A DNA stretch of 32,000 nucleotides from Planctomycetales bacterium (GCA_022646745.1 CP060262.1:2940001-2972000), one strand, 5' to 3'. Numbered from the stretch's first letter, positions 22,447 to 30,178 are shown. Notes: generated by a model not told the origin, from the letters alone. Numbers and translations: made by a program.

Positions 22447-23664
22447 TCAGTGCTTCAGGTCAGTCTCATTCTTCGCCGAGATTCCGATCAGCGGGCTGGT
22501 GTCCAGCGGGCGGTCGATGTAGATCCCGCTTGCGTCCGCATGCAGGTCCAGCCGGCGCGGCTGCTCCAGCCGGTTGCCCCAGCCGTCAAAGATCACACTG
22601 ATCTCCGGCAGGCTGAGCGCTTCGCTGTTCACCCGGCTGACCACGCCGATCTCGCGGTTGCTCAGCAAGACGAAGGTGCCCACCGGGAAGCGGCCGATGC
22701 CCTGCAGGAAGTGGTTCACGAGCTTGTTGTTGAAGTGCGTGCCGCTGCCTCGGATCAGGATCGAGACCGCCCGGTGGAAGTCCATCTTCGACCGGTAGCA
22801 GCGGTCCGTCGTCACCGCATCAAACACGTCGCAGATGCTGGCCAGCATGTCGAACAGGCTCAGCTCGTTCTCACGCAGCTGGCGCAAGTAGCCAGTGCCG
22901 TTCACGCGCTCGTGGTGGTTCAGCACCACCTCCAGGCACAGCTTTGGCACATCAAGCGAGCCATCCAGCAGTTCCACACCGTAGCGCACATGCTTGCGCA
23001 TCTGGTCGAATTCCTGCTCTGAGAGCGGCCCCGGCTTGTTGAGGATCTCCAGCGGCACCCGGCTCTTGCCGATGTCATGCAGCAGGAGCGAGATGCCGAG
23101 GTCCAGCAGCTGCTGTTCACTGTCTGTGTAGTTACGGAACAGCGCGATGCCCAGCACGCAGACGTTAACGCTATGGAAGTAGGTGTAGTCGTCATAGCTG
23201 CGCAGGTCGTGCAGCTTGAAGGCCGTGCTTTCCAGTGACTGCGCGCGGCGGATCAAGTCGCTGGCGACATCCGCGGCGGCATTCAGGTCGACCTTGGACA
23301 GGAAGCGACTGCTTTCGAAGAGCTGCCTGACCTTGCGCGTCGCCATCCCGCGCACTTCCTGGGACAGGTCCTCCTGCACCCCGGCTTCCAGCGCCAGCTC
23401 AGCGCGGAAGGGGATGATGTTCGCACGGATGGCCTGCTCGATGTCCTTATCAGGCAGGCAGAGCTGCCCGCCGCCCTTGCTGAAGCGCACCCGCTCAGGG
23501 TCAGTGCGCCGCAGCTTGCTGATCAGGGCCTCACTGATCGTGCTGCCGGAGGTGGCAACGGCCTGGCTGCCGATGTAGATGTCGAGCGCCAGCGCCTTGC
23601 CCTCATAGCGGGACAGTTCCTCGATCTGCTGCTCGATGTTCAGGACATCGGTAACCTTGTCCAT
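22447..23664 (-). CDS. HD-GYP-type phosphohydrolase (putative cyclic-di-GMP phosphodiesterase) with an N-terminal sensor-like region
   Basis: HSVNVCVLGIALF, LLLHDIGKSRVP and HHERVNGTGYLRQL give the HD-GYP architecture. The GYP motif reads GYL and the preceding Asp is Asn. Confidence 0.85.
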   Translation of the reverse strand: MDKVTDVLNIEQQIEELSRYEGKALALDIYIGSQAVATSGSTISEALISKLRRTDPERVRFSKGGGQLCLPDKDIEQAIRANIIPFRAELALEAGVQEDLSQEVRGMATRKVRQLFESSRFLSKVDLNAAADVASDLIRRAQSLESTAFKLHDLRSYDDYTYFHSVNVCVLGIALFRNYTDSEQQLLDLGISLLLHDIGKSRVPLEILNKPGPLSEQEFDQMRKHVRYGVELLDGSLDVPKLCLEVVLNHHERVNGTGYLRQLRENELSLFDMLASICDVFDAVTTDRCYRSKMDFHRAVSILIRGSGTHFNNKLVNHFLQGIGRFPVGTFVLLSNREIGVVSRVNSEALSLPEISVIFDGWGNRLEQPRRLDLHADASGIYIDRPLDTSPLIGISAKNETDLKH

Positions 23665-23680
23665 ACAACCACCGGTGTAT

Positions 23681-23689
23681 TGCTAAAAT
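23681..23689 (+). promoter_or_regulatory. Extended -10 box TGCTAAAAT, 10 nt before the miaA ATG
   Basis: Lies in a 35-nt spacer between divergent genes. Confidence 0.5.
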
Positions 23690-23699
23690 CAGCCACCAG

Positions 23700-24653
23700 A
23701 TGCAGCGCCAGTTCCACGTGCTCACCGGTCCGACTGCCGCCGGCAAGACAGGCTTCCTGCTTGGGCACCTGCCTGCGGGCAGCGCAGTGGTGGTCTCAGC
23801 CGACTCCCGGCAGGTGTTTCGCCTGATGGACATCGGCACCGGCAAGCCAACTCGCGACGAACTGGACCTGCTTCCACATTATGGCCTCGACGTTCTGGAA
23901 CTGGGTACAAAATTCAGTGTGTACCAATTCTTGATCTGCCTTGCCGGCTGGCTGGCGGAGCTTGCCGATGACCCGCGACAGGTCTGGATCTGCGGCGGAA
24001 CCGGTCTCTACATCCACGCGCTGCTGGAACGAATGACGCTCGGGGCTCCGCCGCGCCAGCAGCTGCGGCTGGCACTGTCTGCCGCTATCAGCGAGCGCTC
24101 AGCCCATTACTGGAGCGAAGCCCTGCATCTCAGCCCGGCTGACCCGCATAACCCCGTGCGCGTGGTGCGCGCCGCAGAAGCGGCCTGCGTGGATCACCTG
24201 GCAATGCAGCGGATCTACGCGCAGCTCGGGCTGGATCCCGTAGTAGACGACGCCGGCAATGCCGTTGAGCAGGAACGTTTCCTCGCCGCAATGCAGGTGC
24301 TGGACCATTGGCAATGCGCGGGCCTGGCGGTGCTGGATCCCGGCCATGCCGAATTGCTCAGCCGGATCTCATTGCGCGTGCGCCGGATGTTCGAGCAGGG
24401 ACTGCCTGAGGAAGTGCAGGTCATCAGGGACGCCGGATATGGCGATGTGGATGAAGTTGCCAACGGGATCGCCTACCGGGAGGCCGGCCAGCTGCTGGAC
24501 GGGGAACTCTCCTATGAAGTGGCAGTGGAGCAGGCCATCATCCGCACCCGGCAGTATGCCAAGCGGCAGCGCACATACTGCCGCGGACGGGGATGGCAGT
24601 TCATGGATGATGCTGAACTGCTGGCCTGGTTCAACGGCCTGCAGCGCAGCTAG
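23700..24653 (+). CDS. miaA: tRNA dimethylallyltransferase
   Basis: LTGPTAAGKT (P-loop), SADSRQVFRLMDIGTGKPT, ICGGTGLYIHALL. Length 317 aa. Confidence 0.88.
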   Translation: MQRQFHVLTGPTAAGKTGFLLGHLPAGSAVVVSADSRQVFRLMDIGTGKPTRDELDLLPHYGLDVLELGTKFSVYQFLICLAGWLAELADDPRQVWICGGTGLYIHALLERMTLGAPPRQQLRLALSAAISERSAHYWSEALHLSPADPHNPVRVVRAAEAACVDHLAMQRIYAQLGLDPVVDDAGNAVEQERFLAAMQVLDHWQCAGLAVLDPGHAELLSRISLRVRRMFEQGLPEEVQVIRDAGYGDVDEVANGIAYREAGQLLDGELSYEVAVEQAIIRTRQYAKRQRTYCRGRGWQFMDDAELLAWFNGLQRS

Positions 24654-25513
24654 ATCTCGTCAATCATGCCGAACAGGTAGGCGATCGAGCGGCGCGTGCG
24701 GCCCTTGCGCTCCACCTTGGTCTCGCTGAACTTCTGCGGGATCTGCTGCCAGAAGCGGATCGGCCTCAGCAGCAGCGATGCCGCTGACAGCGCCACCACG
24801 TACAGGAACAGCAGCAGCAACAGGTTGTACTCGCTGGGCTGGATGCCGGCCACACTGCGGGCGATCATCACCCAGCCGCCGATCACGCCGATGATGATGA
24901 TCCAGATCAATAGCCACCACAGCATGCGCCATGAGCTGATCCGCTCGCGGTATCCGCTATGGATCTCGCTGTACTCACCGAACAGCGCACCGTCCATCTC
25001 CACCCGCTTCTGTTCCTCGGCGATGAACAGCAGTGAGCAGAGGATCTCGTCGCCGGGGCCGAGCCTGTCGAACTCGATGGTGCACCACACGTCATTCTCG
25101 CGGAATTGCGGGTTGAGCACCACCTTGGCCTTCTCGCTTATCAGCTTGTTGAAGCCGATGTAGCGGCAACCTTCCGCGCCGACCACCAGCTGGCGCTTCT
25201 CCGGTGCATCCGAACTGGAAATGTCCAGCTTGCCGGTGTTCTTGATCACTAGGTAGGTGGCCCACATGTGAGCCGGCTCGTGGCCCTTGTAGCTGACCTT
25301 GAGCGGGATGTTGCGGTTGCTGAACTCGGAGATGTCGATGTAGCTCGTGTGCATGTCCCAGGTCAGGTGCCGCCCGGTGCGGATGTTGCGGCCGAAGCGC
25401 ACAAGCGTCCAGATCAGCACGACCGACACGGTCAGTCCGTAGATCACCAGCCAGAAGAGGACTCCGGCCCCTTCATAGAGGATATTGTTTTGCAGCAGTG
25501 CGAGTAACATCAT
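24650..25513 (-). CDS. Hypothetical membrane protein (N-terminal TM, central soluble domain, two C-terminal TM helices)
   Basis: 287-aa ORF. Helices at GVLFWLVIYGLTVSVVLIWTLV, WWLLIWIIIIGVIGGWVMIA and LLLLLFLYVVALSAASLLL. No motif recognised. Its stop overlaps the miaA stop in CTAG. Confidence 0.7.
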   Translation of the reverse strand: MMLLALLQNNILYEGAGVLFWLVIYGLTVSVVLIWTLVRFGRNIRTGRHLTWDMHTSYIDISEFSNRNIPLKVSYKGHEPAHMWATYLVIKNTGKLDISSSDAPEKRQLVVGAEGCRYIGFNKLISEKAKVVLNPQFRENDVWCTIEFDRLGPGDEILCSLLFIAEEQKRVEMDGALFGEYSEIHSGYRERISSWRMLWWLLIWIIIIGVIGGWVMIARSVAGIQPSEYNLLLLLFLYVVALSAASLLLRPIRFWQQIPQKFSETKVERKGRTRRSIAYLFGMIDEI

Positions 25514-25546
25514 TTATCCAGCGTTGTCCGCCCGTAATTGTAGCAA

Positions 25547-27187
25547 CTAGCGGCGCAGTTCAACGGGAAGTAGCGTATTGGGCTCGGTGAACATCTCAAA
25601 ACGCTTGGCGCCCTCCGGCGCGATCCCGGCATTGATGCCGATCATCTCACCCGGCACGGCTCCCAGCTCATTGAACAGTTCGCAGTCCAGCGTCAGCTTC
25701 ACGGTAACGCGGCCGCTGTCGCCGTCGAGCCAGCTTTCCAGCAACTCGACCCCCTTGAAGGGCGCAGCATCGAGGAAAGCACGGTCCTCTGACGGATGCT
25801 CAATGCTCTCCGGGCAGATGTTGCGTGCAGCCTGCTCGATGCCTTCCTTGTTGATCACGAAACGGTAATTGTCATTGCCGACGAACCAGCCATTGTTGTC
25901 AAGGTCCAGCATCAGCTTGAAGCGCCTGCCGGCTTCCCACTCAAGCGCGGAGGTGGACAGCCAGATCTCAAGCTTCTGCTCCAGTGTGTATTGCAGTTCA
26001 ACGGAGAACGCGTCATCCGCACCGGCTGGTCCACAGTCAATGACCCCGGTGCTGCCTGATTCCGCGGAAGGGATGCTGTCGAAATCAGCGACGCAGGGGT
26101 AGGGGTCCTCCCCATCCAGCAGGCCATCACCGTCGGTGTCCGGATCCTCAGGGTCCTGCATCTTCATGTGCCCACTCAGCACTTCACCATGTCCCTCACG
26201 GTTGCCATTGGATGCCAGCAGTTCAGTGCGGTCGTCGACACCATCACCATCCGTGTCCGCATTTGAGTCATCCGGGTCGGTGTACGGCTCGAAGAAGTAG
26301 TCAAACGGCATCTCAGTATTGTGGAAGAACGGCGTCTCCAGCGGGATGAAGTCGCCGTCATCGTCGGTGAACTCCTTCATCTGGCCCCAGTTAAGGTCCT
26401 CCCAGTCGGATTCGCGGATGCGGCGCAGGATGAATGAGTTGGCATCAAAGTGCTCGCCGAAGCGCGCAGTGTTTGACAACTCGGGAGCCAGGTGGTTGAA
26501 CCACAGCTCAGGATGCCCGCTCTGCTCGAACAGGCTGTCCAGCTGGTGGCCGAACTCATGCACCATCAGCCAGTCGCTGCCGCAGTAGTGTCCGCGGGGA
26601 GGAGCGGCATACCAGGACCAGCCACACTGGCCGGTCTCGGCATCCGCACCCCAGGTGAATCCGCCACCGCCCGCCACGCGCTCCATGTGCCTGGTCTCCG
26701 GGTTGTACTGGAACAGTCGGTAGATCTGAAACAGTCCGTCGTAGTTGTAGCGGTCGTCACCATAGGCCGGATGGTCCACCGGCGAATGGTAGGGCGCTTC
26801 CTCATTGGCAATCGTCGAGCGCAGCACTGGCTCGTTTATGAATTCCCAGTCGTAGTTGATGATGCAGTTGAAGCGGGAGTTGCGCCAGTAGAACAGCCGG
26901 CCCTCATCCATCTGGTCGACGGCATCAGACATCTCCCAGATGCCGTGCTCCGCGAACAGTTCGCCCTGCGCCTTCAGGTCCGCCATCCAGTCAAAGCCAT
27001 CCGGCATGGCGGGATTGCCATCCTCATCCGGGAAGTCATTGATCACCGCATGGTAGTAGTAGACCTTGGTGCTCAGTTCGCGGTACCGGGTGTCTGGCTG
27101 GCCCACGAAGCTCTGCGGCTGCTCGGCCGCCACTGCGGTGGAAAGGCAAAGCAGCATGATGGCGACGGTCGTGAGAAATGTGCGCAT
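25547..27187 (-). CDS. Secreted HExxH protein (putative zinc metalloprotease) with thrombospondin-type-3-like Ca-binding repeats
   Basis: Signal peptide MRTFLTTVAIMLLCLSTAVAAEQ. MVHEFGHQLD contains HExxH. Asp-rich loops DSNADTDGDGVDDRTE and DPEDPDTDGDGLLDGEDPYP. TAAAAT (rc of 27194-27199) lies 6 nt before the ATG. Confidence 0.8.
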   Translation of the reverse strand: MRTFLTTVAIMLLCLSTAVAAEQPQSFVGQPDTRYRELSTKVYYYHAVINDFPDEDGNPAMPDGFDWMADLKAQGELFAEHGIWEMSDAVDQMDEGRLFYWRNSRFNCIINYDWEFINEPVLRSTIANEEAPYHSPVDHPAYGDDRYNYDGLFQIYRLFQYNPETRHMERVAGGGGFTWGADAETGQCGWSWYAAPPRGHYCGSDWLMVHEFGHQLDSLFEQSGHPELWFNHLAPELSNTARFGEHFDANSFILRRIRESDWEDLNWGQMKEFTDDDGDFIPLETPFFHNTEMPFDYFFEPYTDPDDSNADTDGDGVDDRTELLASNGNREGHGEVLSGHMKMQDPEDPDTDGDGLLDGEDPYPCVADFDSIPSAESGSTGVIDCGPAGADDAFSVELQYTLEQKLEIWLSTSALEWEAGRRFKLMLDLDNNGWFVGNDNYRFVINKEGIEQAARNICPESIEHPSEDRAFLDAAPFKGVELLESWLDGDSGRVTVKLTLDCELFNELGAVPGEMIGINAGIAPEGAKRFEMFTEPNTLLPVELRR

Positions 27188-27219
27188 TTGATTATTTTAG
27201 AACCATGCCAGGATGGGAC

Positions 27220-27277
27220 GTAGGGCAGGGCTTCCATGCCCTGCCGATACTGGCAGCACGCGCAGGTGCTGCCCTAC
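27220..27277. repeat. Two GGCAG hairpins with a competing outer helix
   Basis: Hairpin A is GGCAGGGC-ttccat-GCCCTGCC (27224-27245). Hairpin B is GGCAGCAC-gcgcag-GTGCTGCC (27252-27273). GTAGGGCAG (27220-27228) can instead pair with CTGCCCTAC (27269-27277). Confidence 0.6.
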
Positions 27278-27281
27278 ATCC

Positions 27282-27309
27282 GAAACCTGCAACCTGAAAC
27301 CAGATTCCC
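27282..27309. repeat. Heptamer tract (GAAACCT)x4
   Basis: GAAACCT GCAACCT GAAACCA GATTCCC. Confidence 0.65.
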
Positions 27310-27323
27310 GCCCTCTGCTCAGC

Positions 27324-27329
27324 TACAAT
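27324..27329 (+). promoter_or_regulatory. -10 box TACAAT, 7 nt before the ATG
   Basis: TACAAT-acctgcg-ATG. Confidence 0.5.
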
Positions 27330-27336
27330 ACCTGCG

Positions 27337-28506
27337 ATGTCCACTCAGCTCAGGCTTGCACTAGCCTTATTCGCCGCCCTGCTGCACTGCAGCCCGGCCC
27401 TTGCCTTCGAGTACAAGGTCGCCTCCGATGACACCCGCCAGGTGGCGGAAGGCGTGACCTACCACCACTACAAGCTCGACACGAACCGTGGCAGCATGTT
27501 CATCCACACCGTGGCGATCGACCCGCTGGCCAGCTATGCGCTGATGCCGGTGATTGCCAATGACAAGCTGAATTCCGTGGCCCCGGTGAAGAAGCTGGCA
27601 GAGGGCGTGGACGCCGTGGCCGCCATCAACGGCGGCTTCTTCGATACCGGCAAGACCCGCCTGCCTGTCGGCCTGGTCAAGATCAAGCGCCGCATCGTGT
27701 TCGAGCAGTTCCTCAACCGTGCTGTGCTTGGCATCGATGAGCATGGCCAGCTGGACATGGACCGCTTCAACCTGCACAGTTACGTCTACATCCCTGCGAT
27801 CGACTTCTCCCAGCAGATCCATGGCTACAACCGCAAGCGCAAGGAGAATGAGCTGATCGTCTACACGCCGGAGTTCGGCAAGACCACGCGCACCAATGAA
27901 TGGGGTGTGGAGATCGTGCTGCACCGCATCAGCCCGGACCGCGTGGACAAGCCATTCATCCTGCTGGAACCCGACCGCTACATCATCACTGGTGTCAACC
28001 ACCAGGACACGGCGATCCCGCCGGACGGCGTGGTGCTTTCAATCCACCGCCCCGCGCTGGAGCAGCTTGAGTGGCTGAAGCAGGTCTATCCCGGCATGGA
28101 GATGCAGCTCAAGAGCAATGTGCCGGCAGGCTGGGAGAGCTATCCCTACCTGCTGGGTGGCGGTCCGTTGCTGCTCAAGGATGGCAAGGACGTGCTGGAT
28201 CCGAAGGCTGAGAAGTTCGGCAACTACTTCAGCCGCCCGAATGCCCGCACCGCGGTGGCGCGTACCCTGGAAGGGGAGAGCTACATCATCGTCGTGGACC
28301 GCGCGGGCGGCAGCCAGGGTGCGACCTGGGAGGAGTTGACGGGCATCTGCCGCGACCTGCTTGGATGCAACCAGGCGATGGGCTTTGATGGAGGGGGCTC
28401 ATCCACAATGTTCCTCGGGGATGAGATTGTCAATGCACCGGCCGGGGGTGGGGTGCGGGATGTTGCCAATATCCTGGCGGTGGTGCCCTTCGAGAGCTTC
28501 ATCTGA
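27337..28506 (+). CDS. Phosphodiester glycosidase family protein (DUF2233/NAGPA-like), secreted
   Basis: Signal peptide LALALFAALLHCSPALA-FE. AINGGFFD, P-x-GL-x-K, and C-terminal MGFDGGGSSTMF are typical of the family. Confidence 0.75.
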   Translation: MSTQLRLALALFAALLHCSPALAFEYKVASDDTRQVAEGVTYHHYKLDTNRGSMFIHTVAIDPLASYALMPVIANDKLNSVAPVKKLAEGVDAVAAINGGFFDTGKTRLPVGLVKIKRRIVFEQFLNRAVLGIDEHGQLDMDRFNLHSYVYIPAIDFSQQIHGYNRKRKENELIVYTPEFGKTTRTNEWGVEIVLHRISPDRVDKPFILLEPDRYIITGVNHQDTAIPPDGVVLSIHRPALEQLEWLKQVYPGMEMQLKSNVPAGWESYPYLLGGGPLLLKDGKDVLDPKAEKFGNYFSRPNARTAVARTLEGESYIIVVDRAGGSQGATWEELTGICRDLLGCNQAMGFDGGGSSTMFLGDEIVNAPAGGGVRDVANILAVVPFESFI

Positions 28507-28529
28507 GACGGCGGCATTGCTGCCACCGT
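28506..28529. terminator. Hairpin between convergent genes
   Basis: GACGGcGGCA-ttgc-TGCCaCCGTC gives 9 bp with one mismatch. It starts at the last base of the stop codon. Confidence 0.45.
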
Positions 28530-28554
28530 CCCAGTATGATTCGCTGTCAGGCTG

Positions 28555-28905
28555 TTACTTCTTGTCGTCGTCCATGCCGTCACCGGTGAACTCACAGAAA
28601 AGCACTCCCGGAGCCTGGCTCTGGATGCCGGTGTCATAGTCCAGCTCATCATTGATATCCATTCCAAGGCGGTACATGTCAGTGGCAAAATCGCTGCCGT
28701 TGTACATTTCCCCGAAGCTGAGCGTGGTGGTCACGTTGTCGAAGCTGTAGCTGGCGGCAAACATGTCCCAGGCGGCGGCAATCTGGGCCCCGCTCGGAGC
28801 CGTGCTCACGACACGCTCAGACTGGTCAAGGCTGCTGCTGGAGCTGCAGCCGAAGATTGAAATGGCCATTACGAAGCAGGCGAAAAAACAGAAAAGACGG
28901 TTCAT
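28555..28905 (-). CDS. Small lipoprotein (116 aa)
   Basis: MNRLFCFFACFVMAISIFGC-SSSSS is a signal peptide plus lipobox Cys. GGAGGA (rc of 28911-28916) lies 5 nt before the ATG. TATAAT (rc of 28964-28969) would give a ~50-nt leader. Confidence 0.75.
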   Translation of the reverse strand: MNRLFCFFACFVMAISIFGCSSSSSLDQSERVVSTAPSGAQIAAAWDMFAASYSFDNVTTTLSFGEMYNGSDFATDMYRLGMDINDELDYDTGIQSQAPGVLFCEFTGDGMDDDKK

Positions 28906-28963
28906 TTGATTCCTCCATAAAGGTGTTGATAATGTACTGACAGTCGTTTTGTAGTACAGGTCA

Positions 28964-28969
28964 ATTATA
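28964..28969 (-). promoter_or_regulatory. Consensus -10 box TATAAT for the small lipoprotein gene (leadered transcript)
   Basis: The rc of ATTATA is TATAAT. Unlike most genes here, a Shine-Dalgarno sequence follows. Confidence 0.45.
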
Positions 28970-29214
28970 CAATTTTGTTGATATTTGGTGTGTATATCAT
29001 GTGGAGAGTTGGGGATAAAATCAGAAAAGAAAGGTTAAACTTGCCAATAGTTAGCATTTATTAATAAATTATCGGGCAGTTCAATGTGCTGTGTGGGTAA
29101 CTTGTGTGTAAGTGGACAAGGGCAGAGACCAGAACCATGGATATGTCAAATCCCTGACATAAAACCATGACTAACACTCTAATGGGTTACTCAAAAGGGG
29201 ATATGTGTGAAAAC

Positions 29215-30105
29215 TTATCCGCCAGCCTGCTGCATGTCGCCCAGGGCCTTGCTGTCATCACGCACTCGATTGAAGCCCAGCCTGGCCAGGTTTTCAATGA
29301 AGGCTTCTGAACCGAAGTCCGGCATCGTGCGGCCGGCATAGTCGTAATCGACCGGCACATCCCGTTTCACGGTCACCAGATCCCGGAACAGGAAGACCTC
29401 ATCCTTTGCCGGCTCCAGCTTCTTGCGCAGTCCGTCCGGCTTGATGAAGTCGATGTTGCTGTAGATCGCCTCCAGTTTGCCGTGCTGGGCCACCAGCTTG
29501 GCGGCCGTTTTCTCGCCGACGCCGGGCACTCCAGGGATGTTGTCCGAGGGGTCGCCCATCAGCGCCTTGAAGTCCACGAAACGCTCAACCGGGAAGCCGT
29601 ATTTTCCCTCGAACGCCGCGAGGTCCATCTCGTTGACTGCCCCCATCTTGCCCGGCATCAGCAGCTGGGTGTTGCCATCCAGCAGCTGCAGCAGGTCCTT
29701 GTCACTGGTCAGCACACTGACCCGGTTGCCGGCCTGCTGCGCTTCCGCTGCAATCGTAGCAATGATGTCATCCGCCTCGAATCCCTTCATCGAATACACC
29801 GGTGCCCCGGTCAGTTGTGCCATCTCGATCGTCAGCCCGAACTGCGGACGCAGGTCATCCGGCGGCTCAGGCCGGTTGGCCTTGTAAAGCCCGTACATGT
29901 CATTGCGGAATGTCTTGGACCCTGCATCAAACACGATCGCGCAGTCAGACACCTTGTTGTCCTTGAAGATCTTCAGCAGCAGGCGCAGCACGCCGAACAC
30001 GGCGTTGACCGGGACGCCCTCGGGCGTCGTCATGTCGCCCTTGATGCTGAAATAGGCGCGGAATATCAGCCCCGTGCCGTCGATGAGCAGGATGTGCCTA
30101 GACAT
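29215..30105 (-). CDS. Stand-alone 5'-3' exonuclease (Pol I N-terminal domain / FEN family)
   Basis: ILLIDGTGLIFRAYF, VFDAGSKTFRNDMYGLYKANR, GFEADDIIATIA, LTSDKDLLQL, MGDPSDNIPGVPGVGEKTAAKL (H3TH). I start at MSRHILL (rc of 30103-30105), with TATCAT 6 nt upstream. There is no polymerase domain. Confidence 0.88.
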   Translation of the reverse strand: MSRHILLIDGTGLIFRAYFSIKGDMTTPEGVPVNAVFGVLRLLLKIFKDNKVSDCAIVFDAGSKTFRNDMYGLYKANRPEPPDDLRPQFGLTIEMAQLTGAPVYSMKGFEADDIIATIAAEAQQAGNRVSVLTSDKDLLQLLDGNTQLLMPGKMGAVNEMDLAAFEGKYGFPVERFVDFKALMGDPSDNIPGVPGVGEKTAAKLVAQHGKLEAIYSNIDFIKPDGLRKKLEPAKDEVFLFRDLVTVKRDVPVDYDYAGRTMPDFGSEAFIENLARLGFNRVRDDSKALGDMQQAGG

Positions 30106-30166
30106 GAGCGCATGATAGCATCCAGCCCGGCGGGCTCCCGCCGCATTCCACCCCACACCTGACGGT

Positions 30167-30172
30167 TATAAT
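30167..30172 (+). promoter_or_regulatory. Consensus -10 box TATAAT, 6 nt before the def GTG
   Basis: TATAAT-tggcag-GTG. Confidence 0.55.
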
Positions 30173-30178
30173 TGGCAG

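Noticed and set aside
22090-22601. ORFs 22090-22431 (-) and 22113-22601 (+).
   Set aside because: They run across the tRNA-Arg gene, the heptamer tract and the 3' end of the HD-GYP gene. They have no start context, and their composition is non-protein-like.
28999-29064. 21-codon frame MWRVGDKIRKERLNLPIVSIY resembling the start of an XRE-family HTH protein.
   Set aside because: It is too short to contain an HTH and the similarity is limited to ~10 residues. It is kept only as a hint of gene decay within the AT-rich island finding.
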